From positions 288,001-352,000 of the forward strand of contig CAWGMA010000003.1 of assembly GCA_963823555.1 (NCBI GenBank): DNA of 64,000 nucleotides, given 5' to 3'. Made by a program: the position numbers and the translations under genes. The notes under the pieces were generated by a model, which saw nothing but the letters and a program-made list of their open reading frames with translations, did not search any database and was not told the origin of the DNA. How positions within the stretch are numbered: the first letter of the stretch is position 1; each line of letters begins with the position of its first letter. Shown here in pieces: positions 28,278 to 38,414 of the stretch. The stretch is from Candidatus Eiseniibacteriota bacterium (GTDB taxonomy: Bacteria; Eisenbacteria; RBG-16-71-46; CAVPCR01).

Positions 28278-30479
28278 TCAATGCCGTGAGCCGGATTCCG
28301 CGTTCAGCCTGGCGAGGCGAGCGCGGGCGCGGGCCTGATTGGGATTGAGCTTGAGAGCGCGCTCGTAGAACTTGCGTGCCTCCTCGTCCTGGCCGCGGAC
28401 CTCGGCGATGGCGCCGTTCAGGTAGGCGGCGAGCGCGGGCGACGGGGATGCGGCGAGCGCCTCGGCGAACCGGTCCTCGGCCCACTGCGAGCCGCCGGTT
28501 TCGGCAAACAGCTCACCGAGGCGAACGTGGGCGCGCACGGTGTCGCCGGCCGCCGCCAGGTAGCGCGGCTCGACGGCCCGGGCGCGTTCGGGAAGCTCGG
28601 CCTGCGTGAGAGAGACGATCCAGCGGGCGAGCGCCTCGGGATCCTCGACGACTCCCTGGATGCCGGTGGCCTCGATGCCGGCCCGCGGCGTCAAGGCCTC
28701 GCCGTAGCTGAAAGCGGCCTCCCAGAACCGGTGTTCCGCGAAGAGCCGATCGGCCTGGACGAGCGACAGCGGCCGCGGGCGCGCGAGCGCGATCGGGCCA
28801 CGGGCCACCAGTTCGACCTCGCGCTGCACCGGGGCGAGGGCCTGGCCCGACAAACCACCGACGGCGATCGGGGTCCGCGCGACGGCGCTGCTCATGACAT
28901 CGGCGAAGTCGCGTGCGCTGGTCGTCAGGGTCACCACGTCAGGTCGCTTCTGCTCGACATCGTTGAGGTAACGGAAGGTCTCGAGCCGGTTGCGATCGGT
29001 GACCAGGAAGGCGCCGCGGGGAGTCGCCGCCAGCATGGCCTCCGCGTCCTCGCGCGCGAAACGGTCCCCCTGGCGCCAGGGGGCGAGCCTCGGCTCGGGA
29101 CCGGGAGACGGGATGGGGAACGCGGTCGCGATCCAGGGCTTGAGCACCGGCGAGGTGGTGATCCGGGGCAGGAAGGCATAGGTGGCGATCGGAAGCCCGA
29201 TCAGCAGCACGGCGAGCACGATCGCCGTCGCCGGCTTCGCGCGCCGCATGACGATGGCGGCGCCGACCGCCACCCCGACGGTGATGGGTGCCCAGGCGAC
29301 GACGGCGGCCTCGGGACTCAGGAGCGAAGCACCGGCTACCCCGCCGAGGAGGGCGAGGAGGAGAAGTCCCTCGCGGCGGCCACCGCTTCTCGCGAGCAGG
29401 GCAATGAAGCCAACGACGGCGAAGAAGATGCCCGCCAGAAAGGAAGCGAGAAGTCGTGTGCCGACGATGGTGAGCGCGTCGAGCGGAGAGCGCAGCGACT
29501 CCGGTCCGCCCGTGATGCGACGGAAGGCATCGCCCACGGTGGCTGTCGCCTGTGGTGTGGGCACGAGCTCCAGGGTGGCGAGCAGGATCAAGGGGACGAG
29601 ACCCACGATGAACGCGATCACCACGAACCAGGCGGCGCGCGAGATCGGCCGGCCGGATCCCGAGAGCATGACGGTGCCAGCGATGAGATAGATCGGAGCC
29701 AGGAGTCCGACGGCGCGTTGATCGGCGATGGCCAGGGCGAAGAGGACCATGGCCACGAGGATCGTCCAAGCACCGCGGCCCCGCATCCGCGCCACGAAGA
29801 AGGCGGTGGCCAGTGCGAGCAGGAGAGCCACCACGGGCGTGTGGTGCGCGACGACCGCGCGGGCCCAGAACGTATGGGCCACGGCCAGGCTCGAGGCTCC
29901 GGCGGCGGCGAACAGGAGGCGGTGGCGGGGCGCGCCGATCCGGGACGCGTCGAGATGGGCGAGAGCGGTCAGGAAGACAACGAGAATGCAGAGCGCGGCC
30001 ACGACACCGCTCGCCAGGTTGGCGCGATAGGCTTGATCGCCGAGCGGCAGCCACGTCGACCAGGCATAGGGGAACTCGATCCTGGTGAAGAGGTGCTCGA
30101 CCCCGACCGTGAGCGGATGATCGCGCGCCTCGCCACCGAGGCCGAAGAGGACTGCATGCGCCTGAAGGCGAGCGGTTTCCCCGCTGCCAACGGTGGGCAT
30201 CAGAGTCGCCACATAGAGAATGAGCGCCACGGCGAACAGCATGAAGCCGGCGACCCAGGTATGGAACGCGCGCCGCGCACCGGGCTCGATTCCGGGCGTG
30301 GTCGTCGCCGGGGCTTCCCGAGTTGCGATCGGGGGCTCAGGCGGAGGGGGTGCTGGCTCGGGCGGAGGCGGGAACTCGGGCGGAAGCGCTGCTTCCGGCC
30401 TCTGTGGCGGGCCCGGCGCCGCCTCCGCTTCGGGGGGCCATGGCGACGGTGTCTCGGACTCCGGATCGTCTGGGCGCAT
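28278..30479 (-). CDS. DUF2723-like polytopic membrane protein (GT-C-like) with C-terminal TPR
   Basis: LYVATLMPTVGSGE...HP..AYRANLAS...FW..A pattern, many TM helices, and the TPR ending YERALKLNPNQARAR. Confidence 0.72.
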   Translation of the reverse strand: MRPDDPESETPSPWPPEAEAAPGPPQRPEAALPPEFPPPPEPAPPPPEPPIATREAPATTTPGIEPGARRAFHTWVAGFMLFAVALILYVATLMPTVGSGETARLQAHAVLFGLGGEARDHPLTVGVEHLFTRIEFPYAWSTWLPLGDQAYRANLASGVVAALCILVVFLTALAHLDASRIGAPRHRLLFAAAGASSLAVAHTFWARAVVAHHTPVVALLLALATAFFVARMRGRGAWTILVAMVLFALAIADQRAVGLLAPIYLIAGTVMLSGSGRPISRAAWFVVIAFIVGLVPLILLATLELVPTPQATATVGDAFRRITGGPESLRSPLDALTIVGTRLLASFLAGIFFAVVGFIALLARSGGRREGLLLLALLGGVAGASLLSPEAAVVAWAPITVGVAVGAAIVMRRAKPATAIVLAVLLIGLPIATYAFLPRITTSPVLKPWIATAFPIPSPGPEPRLAPWRQGDRFAREDAEAMLAATPRGAFLVTDRNRLETFRYLNDVEQKRPDVVTLTTSARDFADVMSSAVARTPIAVGGLSGQALAPVQREVELVARGPIALARPRPLSLVQADRLFAEHRFWEAAFSYGEALTPRAGIEATGIQGVVEDPEALARWIVSLTQAELPERARAVEPRYLAAAGDTVRAHVRLGELFAETGGSQWAEDRFAEALAASPSPALAAYLNGAIAEVRGQDEEARKFYERALKLNPNQARARARLARLNAESGSRH

Positions 30480-30588
30480 GTCATCCTCCGCGCATCTGGA
30501 ACATGCCGCACGTTAGCGCGCCCGGGGTTCCGGCACAAGCCGGCGTCGGGTGTTGTGGTCGATGCCGGCCCCCGTTAACCTCGAGGCC

Positions 30589-31980
30589 ATGAACCAGCAC
30601 ACACCGACAGGGTCACGCGTCCCCATGCTCCGATCGATCAACCCGGCGACCGGTGAAGCGGTGGGCGAGGTGGCGGCCTCGACGCCCGAGGAGGTCGAGA
30701 CCGCGGTGGCCCGTGCCCGCCGCGCGCTTCCCGGCTGGCGGTCGCTGGCCCCGGCGGCCCGGGCCGCCGCGCTCGCCGCGGCCGGGGAGGAGGTGGCGGG
30801 GGCGGCCGGGGCCCTGGCCGACCTGGTCACCGCGGAGATGGGCAAGCTCCGCCGCTCCGCTCTCGCCGAGGCGCAATCCATTGCGGATAGCCTCAAGACG
30901 CTGCACCACCTGATCCCGGCGCTCGAACCCGAAGAACATCGCGACGGCAAGCTCGTGACCCAGATCGTGCGCGATGCTCTCGGCGTGGTCGCCGTCATCA
31001 CGCCGTGGAACTTCCCGCTCTCGATGCCGGAGTCGATGCTATCGCCCGCGCTCCTCGCCGGAAACACGGTGGTATGGAAGCCATCCGAGCTCACCCCACT
31101 CTCGGGGCAGCTGTTGCACGAGAAGCTCGCGCGGACCCTCCCGGCCGGCGTCGTGGAGCTCGTGCAGGGAGCGGATGATGTGGGGAGAGTGCTCGTGGCC
31201 GGCGACGTGCAGATGGTGGCCTTCGTCGGCAGCCAGGCGGCTGGCAAGTCGATCATGGCGGAGGCGGCGAAGAGCCTGAAGCGGCTGGTGCTCGAGCTGG
31301 GAGGCAAGGATCCCATGGTCGTGCTCGAAGATGCCGACCTCGATCGCGCGGCCGATTTCGCGGTGAACGGTTCCTTCCGCAATGCAGGTCAGGTGTGCGT
31401 GTCCGTCGAGCGCATCTATGTGCATGAAGCGGTGGCTGACGCCTTCATCGAAAGAGTCCTGGATCGCGCCCGTCGCTGGCGGATCGGTCCGGGAACGAGC
31501 GATGAGGTGGACATGGGCCCCATGGTGAGCGCAGCCCAGCGCGATCATGTCCTCGCTCAGCTCGAGGAGGCCCGGCGGCGCGGGGCCAGCATCCTCCATG
31601 GCGGGAAGCCGATCGATGGCCCCGGCTGGTTCCTCGAGCCGGCGGTGGTCATCGATGTCGCCGACGATATGGCGCTCATGCAGGTGGAGACCTTCGGACC
31701 CGTGGCGGCGATCCAGCGGGTGAGAAGCGCCGAGGAGGCGATCACCAGGGCCAACGCTACGACCTTCGGTCTCGGCGCCACGGTGTGGAGCTCGCCCGAG
31801 CGGGCTCGCCTCCTGGCGCCGAGTCTCGAGGCGGGGATGGTGGGTATCAATCGCTCGATCGGCGGGGTCGCCGGCACGCCCTGGGTGGGCGCCAAGCAGT
31901 CGGGCTACGGTTTCATCGAGTCCGCCGAGGGGCTCCGGCAGTTCACGCAGACGCGGAAGATCTCGTACGAGGAGTCGTAG
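30589..31980 (+). CDS. Aldehyde dehydrogenase (succinate-semialdehyde dehydrogenase-like)
   Basis: SINPATGE, TPWNFP, LELGGKDP, NAGQVCVS and ETFGPV motifs. Confidence 0.93.
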   Translation: MNQHTPTGSRVPMLRSINPATGEAVGEVAASTPEEVETAVARARRALPGWRSLAPAARAAALAAAGEEVAGAAGALADLVTAEMGKLRRSALAEAQSIADSLKTLHHLIPALEPEEHRDGKLVTQIVRDALGVVAVITPWNFPLSMPESMLSPALLAGNTVVWKPSELTPLSGQLLHEKLARTLPAGVVELVQGADDVGRVLVAGDVQMVAFVGSQAAGKSIMAEAAKSLKRLVLELGGKDPMVVLEDADLDRAADFAVNGSFRNAGQVCVSVERIYVHEAVADAFIERVLDRARRWRIGPGTSDEVDMGPMVSAAQRDHVLAQLEEARRRGASILHGGKPIDGPGWFLEPAVVIDVADDMALMQVETFGPVAAIQRVRSAEEAITRANATTFGLGATVWSSPERARLLAPSLEAGMVGINRSIGGVAGTPWVGAKQSGYGFIESAEGLRQFTQTRKISYEES

Positions 31981-32013
31981 CGGCTCCCGTCCAGAGCAGG
32001 GGAGGAGATGGGT

Positions 32014-32982
32014 ATGAAGGCGATCCGAATTCACCAGCCGGGCGGGCCCGAGGCGATGGAGCTCGAGGAGCTGGCTCCACCCGAGCCGGGACCGGATCAG
32101 GCGCAGGTTCGCATCGAGTCGATCGGCGTCAACTTCATCGACGTCTACCATCGCAGCGGTCTGTACAAGCTCGATCTGCCCGCCGTCCTCGGCGTCGAGG
32201 CCGCAGGCACCGTGACCAAGGTCGGATCCGGTGTCACCGCTCTCGGCGCCGGCGATCGTGTGGCCTGGGCCGGGATCCCCGGGGCCTATGCCGAGATGGC
32301 GGTCGTTCCCGCCGCCCGGCTGGTGCCGCTGCCTGCAGGGGTGAGCGCGCGGGATGCCGCCGCCGTGATGCTGCAAGGCATGACCGCACACTACCTCGCC
32401 ACCTCGACCTTTCCGCTGGCTCCTGGCCAGAGCTGTCTCGTCCATGCGGCCGCGGGTGGAGTCGGCCTTCTCCTCTGTCAGATCGCCCGGCGGCGCGGGG
32501 CGCGCGTGATCGCCACCGTATCCTCGGCCGCCAAGGCCGATCTGGCTCGTGGCGCCGGTGCCGCCGAGGTCATCCGCTACGATGAGGAGGATTTCGCTGA
32601 GGCCGTCCACCGCATCACCGCCGGTCGCGGAGTCCATGTGGTCTACGATGCGGTCGGCCGGACGACCTACGAGCGCAGTCTGCGCTCGCTGGCGCCGCGC
32701 GGCATGCTCGTTCTCTACGGCCAGTCGAGCGGGGCCGTGCCCCCGATCGACCCGCTCGTGCTCTCCCAGTCCGGCTCACTCTTCCTCACGCGGCCCAACC
32801 TGGCGCACTATGTGGCCACGCGCGAGGAGCTCGTGGCTCGCGCCGGGGAAATCCTCGGCTGGCTCGCCGATGGTTCGCTCAAGCTGCGTATCGGGCTCGA
32901 GCTGCCGCTCGTCCAGGCGGCGGCGGCGCACCGCGAACTCGAGTCGCGGCGAACGACGGGCAAGGTGCTCTTGCGGCCATGA
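32014..32982 (+). CDS. qor: NADPH:quinone oxidoreductase (zeta-crystallin/MDR family)
   Basis: GVNFIDVYHRSG, LQGMTAHYL, HAAAGGVG, GSLFLTRP and TTGKVLL motifs. Confidence 0.92.
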   Translation: MKAIRIHQPGGPEAMELEELAPPEPGPDQAQVRIESIGVNFIDVYHRSGLYKLDLPAVLGVEAAGTVTKVGSGVTALGAGDRVAWAGIPGAYAEMAVVPAARLVPLPAGVSARDAAAVMLQGMTAHYLATSTFPLAPGQSCLVHAAAGGVGLLLCQIARRRGARVIATVSSAAKADLARGAGAAEVIRYDEEDFAEAVHRITAGRGVHVVYDAVGRTTYERSLRSLAPRGMLVLYGQSSGAVPPIDPLVLSQSGSLFLTRPNLAHYVATREELVARAGEILGWLADGSLKLRIGLELPLVQAAAAHRELESRRTTGKVLLRP

Positions 32983-33136
32983 CCTTCGCCGCACCCCCGA
33001 TGGTGTGGTTGCCCTCCTAAGGGATGCCGGTCGACGTGTGTTACCGTGCCTTGCTTGAGACCGAGGTCCATCCCTGACGCATGACACGGACGCGTCAGGG
33101 TTCGCGCCGCCGCGCGGCGCAGCCATAGAAAGAGCC

Positions 33137-33544
33137 ATGGGCGGAGTCAATCCGTACATCAAGAAACCCGAGGTCAAGCTGCCGACGAAGCGCTACAAGA
33201 TCACCTTCGTCAACAGCGGTAAGACCGTCGAAGTGGATCCGCTGAAGCTCCCCTACGGCCACGAAGGGCAGGCGGGCTCGATTCTCGACGTCGCCCTCGC
33301 ACACGGCATCGATCTCGATCACGCTTGCGGCGGGGTCTGCGCCTGCTCGACCTGCCACGTGATCATCAGGCGAGGGCTCGGTAGCTGCAGCGCATCCACC
33401 GAAGACGAGGAAGATCAGCTCGACAACGCGCCGGGTCTCACGCCCATGTCCCGCCTCGGGTGCCAGTGCGTTCCGGACGGCACGAGCGACATCGAGGTAG
33501 AGATTCCGCAGTGGAACCGGAACCTCGTGCGCGAGGAGCACTAG
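33137..33544 (+). CDS. fdx: [2Fe-2S] ferredoxin (ISC/adrenodoxin type)
   Basis: HACGGVCACSTCHV...SRLGCQ motif. Confidence 0.93.
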   Translation: MGGVNPYIKKPEVKLPTKRYKITFVNSGKTVEVDPLKLPYGHEGQAGSILDVALAHGIDLDHACGGVCACSTCHVIIRRGLGSCSASTEDEEDQLDNAPGLTPMSRLGCQCVPDGTSDIEVEIPQWNRNLVREEH

Positions 33545-33569
33545 TCGCCCGGGAGCGGGGCGCGACCCG

Positions 33570-34310
33570 CTAGTGCGGATGGCGGTGGCGCAGGATGTGC
33601 GGCCGCTCGAGACCGTGCGCCATCATGAGGGGCTCATCGTCGAGGAGCGCCGTGGCCGCCCCGTCCGCCACGATCATGCCGCCGTCGATCAAGATGGCGC
33701 GCGGGCAGAGCTCCACCACCAGCTCGAGATCGTGAGTGGCGATGATCTTGGTCGCCGGGATGCCGGCGACGAGAGCCTTGATCTCCCTCCGGCCGCGCGG
33801 ATCGAGATCGCTCGTGGGCTCATCGAGCACGAGCACCCGCGGCGCACAGGCCAGTACCCCGGCCAGGCACACCCGCCGTTTCTCACCCTGGCTCAAGTGG
33901 TGCGGGGCCCGGGTCTCATATCCCCGAAGTCCAACCTGATCGAGCGCCTGTGCCGCTGCTCGCTCTGGATCCTCACCGAACTGCTCCGGACCGAAGGCCA
34001 CGTCCTCGATCACGGTCGGGCAGAAGAGCTGGTCGTCCGGATCCTGGAACACGACACCGACCTGCCGACGGATCGCGGCCAGATTCTCCTCCTCGAGCGG
34101 TGTGCCGAACACGAACACCGAGGGCGTTCGCGGCAGGCGCTCGGGCAGGATCCCGTTCAGATGCAGGAGCAGCGTGGATTTTCCCGCGCCGTTCGGACCG
34201 ATGAGGCCGACGCAGTCGCCCTCCGCCACCTCGAAGCTGAGTCCAGAGAGGGCGGGCGTCCCGTCGGGGTAGCGGTAGTGGAGGTCGCGGATCGCGAGCG
34301 CGGGAGTCAC
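33570..34310 (-). CDS. nikO: ECF-type Ni/Co transporter ATPase (NikO/CbiO)
   Basis: GPNGAGKST, VFQDPDDQLF, LSQGEKRR and LDEPT motifs; His-rich tail HRHPH. GTG overlaps the nikQ stop. Confidence 0.9.
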   Translation of the reverse strand: MTPALAIRDLHYRYPDGTPALSGLSFEVAEGDCVGLIGPNGAGKSTLLLHLNGILPERLPRTPSVFVFGTPLEEENLAAIRRQVGVVFQDPDDQLFCPTVIEDVAFGPEQFGEDPERAAAQALDQVGLRGYETRAPHHLSQGEKRRVCLAGVLACAPRVLVLDEPTSDLDPRGRREIKALVAGIPATKIIATHDLELVVELCPRAILIDGGMIVADGAATALLDDEPLMMAHGLERPHILRHRHPH

Positions 34311-34915
34311 TTCCAGCCTCGCGCCGCCATCGCGGCATGGATGCGCTCGGCGCGCTCCGTCGATCGCACGAGAAGCCGTCCCGCCACCGTCGCCAGCGTC
34401 CGCCATTGGCGGCGGGGTGACCGCGCGAAGGTACGGGCGGCCCGTGCGCGCTGCATACGTTCCATCTCTTCGACCAGTACGAACAGGTAGCGCACCATGA
34501 GTGCGATCGTGGTCAGGAGGAGCGTCGGCACACGCAGCTTCCGGAGCGTCCGCAGCATCTCGGCGAAGGAGGTGGTGCTGGAGAGGATGATCATGGTCGA
34601 AAGGGAGAGCGTGCTGCGGATGACGATGGTCGCGAACACCTGCCGGCCGCCCGGTCGGAACAGGCTCAAGACGGCGATGCCGAGAACCAGCGGTTCCAGG
34701 ATCAGGAGTCGCGTGACGAGGAACCGCATCGGAACGCGGCAGAGGACGGCGCTCGCCGCGAGGAGGGCCGCGATGGCCGCCAGCACGAACCATGATGAGA
34801 GCGGCGTGATCGCCGTCGCCATCACCATGATGAGCGCCAGCCCCAGCTTGAGCCCGGCAGGTAGCCGGTGGATCGGGCTCGCGATGCGCGCATAGGGTTC
34901 GAGGAGGTTGCGCAT
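34307..34915 (-). CDS. nikQ: ECF-type transporter T component (NikQ/CbiQ)
   Basis: SPIHRLPAGLKL, RYLFVLVEE..RM.RAR.AR and ERAERIHAAMAARG motifs. Confidence 0.9.
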   Translation of the reverse strand: MRNLLEPYARIASPIHRLPAGLKLGLALIMVMATAITPLSSWFVLAAIAALLAASAVLCRVPMRFLVTRLLILEPLVLGIAVLSLFRPGGRQVFATIVIRSTLSLSTMIILSSTTSFAEMLRTLRKLRVPTLLLTTIALMVRYLFVLVEEMERMQRARAARTFARSPRRQWRTLATVAGRLLVRSTERAERIHAAMAARGWK

Positions 34916-35859
34916 CAAGTCTCCCGCTCGGCGCGGCGGCGAACGAGGAGTTCCGCCAGCGCCCAGGACAGGAGGAGGACGATGAGCGTGCCCACGACTC
35001 CTGCGGCGGCCACGGCGGCGACCGGCGAACCGATGCCGGGGAACTCGTAATCGGGGAGCAGCGCCGTGATCGGCGGCGCGAGGGAACGATGCTCGAAGCC
35101 GAGATGCGATGCGACGCGCTCGAGGCCGTCGGGCCACGGGCTCGCAAACGGAGCCACGAAGACGACGAGACCCAGGGCCACGATGAGGCCCAGGGCGACC
35201 ACGGGACCCCAGGCGCTGGAGCCGGCGCGCGTCTTCGCGCCTGCGAGATGAGGGCGGGCTTCGACCACGGCGACGAGGACGAGCGCCGTGATGAGACCCT
35301 CGCCGAGGCCGATGAGCATGTGCACCGCGGTCATGGCCGGGAACACCGCCGACCAGGGGGTGGTCCCCGCCAGGGCCAGCTCTCCGGCACACGGGACCGC
35401 GGCGCACACCGTGGCGCACCAGCCGGCGAACGCGGCGCCGGCGATCGTGCCGCGGGGACCGGGGTCGAGGCGTCGAACCAGTCGGTAGGCCACATGACCG
35501 GCCAGGACGCTGACGATCGCCATGTTGAACACATTGGCGCCGAGCGCCGTGAGGCCACCGTCGGCGAACAGGAAGCACTGCACTACGAGCACGGTGGTCA
35601 TCACGATGACGGCGGCGGCGGGGCCCAGGAGCACCGCGGCCAAGGCGGCCCCGATCAGATGGCCCGAGGTGCCCCCGGCGACCGGGAAGTTGAGCATCTG
35701 GGCGGCGAAGATGAACGCGGCGGTGATGCCGAGGAGCGGGACCTCGTGGCGGGGGATGTGCCGCTGCGCGTGACGGAGTGCGATGCCCACGCCAGCGGCC
35801 GCGAGGGCTCCCGAAGCCACTGCCGTGCGCGCGTCGAGGAAGCCATCAGGAACATGCAC
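34915..35859 (-). CDS. nikM: ECF-type S component fused to a PDGLE domain (NikMN/CbiM-like)
   Basis: N-terminal MHVPDG metal-binding motif, GGTSGH, DGGLTALGAN, and C-terminal ASPWPDGLE..PDY. Confidence 0.9.
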   Translation of the reverse strand: MHVPDGFLDARTAVASGALAAAGVGIALRHAQRHIPRHEVPLLGITAAFIFAAQMLNFPVAGGTSGHLIGAALAAVLLGPAAAVIVMTTVLVVQCFLFADGGLTALGANVFNMAIVSVLAGHVAYRLVRRLDPGPRGTIAGAAFAGWCATVCAAVPCAGELALAGTTPWSAVFPAMTAVHMLIGLGEGLITALVLVAVVEARPHLAGAKTRAGSSAWGPVVALGLIVALGLVVFVAPFASPWPDGLERVASHLGFEHRSLAPPITALLPDYEFPGIGSPVAAVAAAGVVGTLIVLLLSWALAELLVRRRAERET

Positions 35860-35912
35860 GGTTCATCTCCGATGCTGCTCGCAGGCGGCGCTCGCTACCA
35901 GCGGGCTCTGTC

Positions 35913-36338
35913 TCATGCCGGCAGGTCCTTGCCGGTCGTCGTGATCGTGAGCTTGCCGTGCTTGACACCCTTGGCGGCGATCAGCTCGGCGGCCAGCTTC
36001 TTGATGGCGCTGGCGCGGCCGCGAACGGCGAGTATCTCCAGGCAGTGATCGTGATCGAGGTGAGCGTGCAGCGTGGAGATGATCACGCCGCGATGATCGT
36101 GCTGCACCGAGGTGAGGACATCCTGGACCCGGCTCCGGTGGTGATCGTAGACAAGGGTGATGCTGCCGGCGATCGTGCGCTGGCCTCTCGCCTGGCGGTG
36201 CTCGACGAGCTGGGCGCGGATCATGTCGGCCACGGCGAGCGATCGATTGTCATAGCCCTTCTCGCGCACCATGGTGTCGAGCGCGCGAGCCAGGGCCGTG
36301 GGCAGGGAGACGCTGAAGCGGGTCGTGGGCTGGTCCAT
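35913..36338 (-). CDS. nikR: Nickel-responsive regulator NikR
   Basis: RHH domain RFSVSL...GYDNRSLAVADMIR; YDHH, and H.H.DH..CLE Ni ligands. Confidence 0.95.
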   Translation of the reverse strand: MDQPTTRFSVSLPTALARALDTMVREKGYDNRSLAVADMIRAQLVEHRQARGQRTIAGSITLVYDHHRSRVQDVLTSVQHDHRGVIISTLHAHLDHDHCLEILAVRGRASAIKKLAAELIAAKGVKHGKLTITTTGKDLPA

Positions 36339-36339
36339 A

Positions 36340-36367
36340 GTGTTACGATTCTAGCGCATCGTAACAC
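36340..36367. promoter_or_regulatory. NikR-type operator overlapping the -10 element
   Basis: Perfect inverted repeat GTGTTACGAT-N8-ATCGTAACAC directly upstream of the nikR ATG, containing minus-strand TAGAAT. Confidence 0.8.
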
Positions 36368-36386
36368 CAGCCGCCATCGCGGCGAC

Positions 36387-37541
36387 CTAGGGCGCGATCA
36401 CGAGTTTGAGCCGGTGGCCGGCGCCGGCATCGAGACGGCAGAAGTAGGTCCCGGCCGGCCAGGCCGCCGTGTCCAGGGCCACCTGGTGCGGCCCGGCGGG
36501 GAGTCGCTCCCCACGGATGGGAGCCGCGCGCTCGCGACCGAGTGCATCATAGACGGTGAGGGACACGGGGCCCGAGGCGGGCAGCTCGAAGCCGATCCGG
36601 CTCCATTCCCGGGCCGGGTTGGGTGCGGCCCACAGCCGTAGGACCGAGGGCGGCGTCGAGGCCGGTTCGACGGCGGTGGCCAGGACCATCGCGGTCCGGA
36701 TGAAGGCGGCGGAGGTGAGGCCCTCGGCCTCGAGCAGGCAGGGCAGGTAGTGAGCGCATCCCGTTTCGACGTAGAAGACCGCGATCCCGAGGTCGAGGAG
36801 ATGATCGCGGAACGGGCGGTTGTAGGCGCCCAGGGACCCCACGACCTGCCGGAAGTGCGAGGATTCACGGAGCTCGGGGGCGTTGGCCGCGGCGTGCGTC
36901 CACGGCGAGTACGCGTCGAAGCTGGACTCGCTGTTCATGAAGATGCCGCTTGCGATCCCGGGGTGCGCGCTCTGGAGCTGGTCCCAGGTCAGGAACGCGC
37001 CGTCGTACGCGACACAGATCGCGAACCGGTCGGGGAACTTGGCCGCGAACTTGGCGGCGCCGAAGCCGCCCATGGAGAAGCCTTCGATCACCCGCTGGCC
37101 GCGATGCGGAATGGTGCGGTAGGTGGCATCCACGTGGGGCACGAGCTCGTGGACGAGGTTCGTTTCCGCCGGCTTGGCGCCGTCCCAGCTGTCGGCCCAC
37201 ATGCTGTCCCCGTAGCCGTTGGGGAAGACGATGATCACAGGGCCGATGAGGCCGGCCTGGCGCGCCGCCTCGAAGGAGGCGGGGACGAGCGTGTTCTGCG
37301 TGCCGCCCTGCGAGCCACCGAGACCGTGGAGGTGGTAGACGACGGGATAGCGCTCTTCGCCGGTGTCGTAACCATCCGGCAGGTAGATGTTGTAGTAGAG
37401 GGTGCGCTGGGTGACGGGGCCGAAGAAGCTCTGCTCGAGGAGGACTCCGGCCCCCGCGGTGCGCGCGAGGAGCATCGCGGCAAGCAGCACCGCGAAGAGC
37501 CAGGGGTGGCGCCTGAACCGGGAAGTCAAGTCGAGTCGCAT
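36387..37541 (-). CDS. Secreted esterase (alpha/beta hydrolase, Fes/XynZ-like) with C-terminal sorting domain
   Basis: Signal peptide, YLPDGY..RYPVVYHLHG and GFSMGG nucleophile elbow; C-terminal PNP...VYDALGR...GTYFCRL. Confidence 0.88.
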   Translation of the reverse strand: MRLDLTSRFRRHPWLFAVLLAAMLLARTAGAGVLLEQSFFGPVTQRTLYYNIYLPDGYDTGEERYPVVYHLHGLGGSQGGTQNTLVPASFEAARQAGLIGPVIIVFPNGYGDSMWADSWDGAKPAETNLVHELVPHVDATYRTIPHRGQRVIEGFSMGGFGAAKFAAKFPDRFAICVAYDGAFLTWDQLQSAHPGIASGIFMNSESSFDAYSPWTHAAANAPELRESSHFRQVVGSLGAYNRPFRDHLLDLGIAVFYVETGCAHYLPCLLEAEGLTSAAFIRTAMVLATAVEPASTPPSVLRLWAAPNPAREWSRIGFELPASGPVSLTVYDALGRERAAPIRGERLPAGPHQVALDTAAWPAGTYFCRLDAGAGHRLKLVIAP

Positions 37542-37572
37542 GCGGAGCCCTCCACGGCCGTTCCGCGCAGGA

Positions 37573-38304
37573 TCAATCGTAGGACTCGCAGCGCACGTCG
37601 CGCCGATCGAAGCCGAACTCCTCCATGAAGAAATCCCGCACCGGGTAGACCAGGGCCTTGAGCCCACTCACCATCGGGACGAACAGCCGTTCCCCCCAGC
37701 CTTCGCCGACCAGCACGTCCCGCAGGATGTCGGTCTCGGGCCTGGAATCGAGGCCCGGCCCGCCGCCGGGAACGGTGGCGATGTAGCGAAAGCGCGATGA
37801 ACGCAGGGCGCACGCCACGAACTCTTCATGATAGAGCAGGTTCTCAGGGCGGTCGGCGCTGTTCACAAGGAGGATCTCCGGGGCTCGCGCCAGCTCGCGC
37901 TGATGGCTGCAGATCGCATCGACCATGCAGCGGATCGGCACGATCCCGGTGAAGCGGCCGACGAACACGAGACGTTCCGGCAGCGGATCAGGAGCGGTGA
38001 AATGGCCGAAGGGCCCGGCGAAGGCGAGCTCCTGTCCGGGCTCGATCACGTTCAGGTAGCCCGAGCCCAGGCCGCCCTCGACCCGGTCGAAGCAGATCGT
38101 GAGCTCGCCCGACGGCGATTCGGGCCGCGCCAACGAGTAGGCGCGGATGAGGGGCGGCCGCTCGCCGACCGGGAGGTGGAGGGAGATCCACTGTCCGGGT
38201 CGGAAGTGGATCGGCTTCTGGATCTGAGCCAGGACGAGCTCGCGCACGTCGGGAGCGAGCTCGTGCACGGCCGTGACGCGTGCCTTCTGCGTCGGGATAG
38301 CCAT
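37573..38304 (-). CDS. Stand-alone FAD/NAD(P)-binding oxidoreductase (FNR-like)
   Basis: FRPGQWI, RAYSLA (RxYS), GLGSGYL, GPFGHF and TGIVP motifs; C-terminal ESYD. No Fe-S domain. Confidence 0.85.
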   Translation of the reverse strand: MAIPTQKARVTAVHELAPDVRELVLAQIQKPIHFRPGQWISLHLPVGERPPLIRAYSLARPESPSGELTICFDRVEGGLGSGYLNVIEPGQELAFAGPFGHFTAPDPLPERLVFVGRFTGIVPIRCMVDAICSHQRELARAPEILLVNSADRPENLLYHEEFVACALRSSRFRYIATVPGGGPGLDSRPETDILRDVLVGEGWGERLFVPMVSGLKALVYPVRDFFMEEFGFDRRDVRCESYD

Positions 38305-38414
38305 CGGGACTCCGCGATGATGTCGGGCAGCGGCCGCCGCGCATCGAGACGCGAGAGCGGGCCGCCCGCCCGTGCGGCGCACGGGCCCGCTCTCTGCTGG
38401 TTCCGGGTTCCGCG

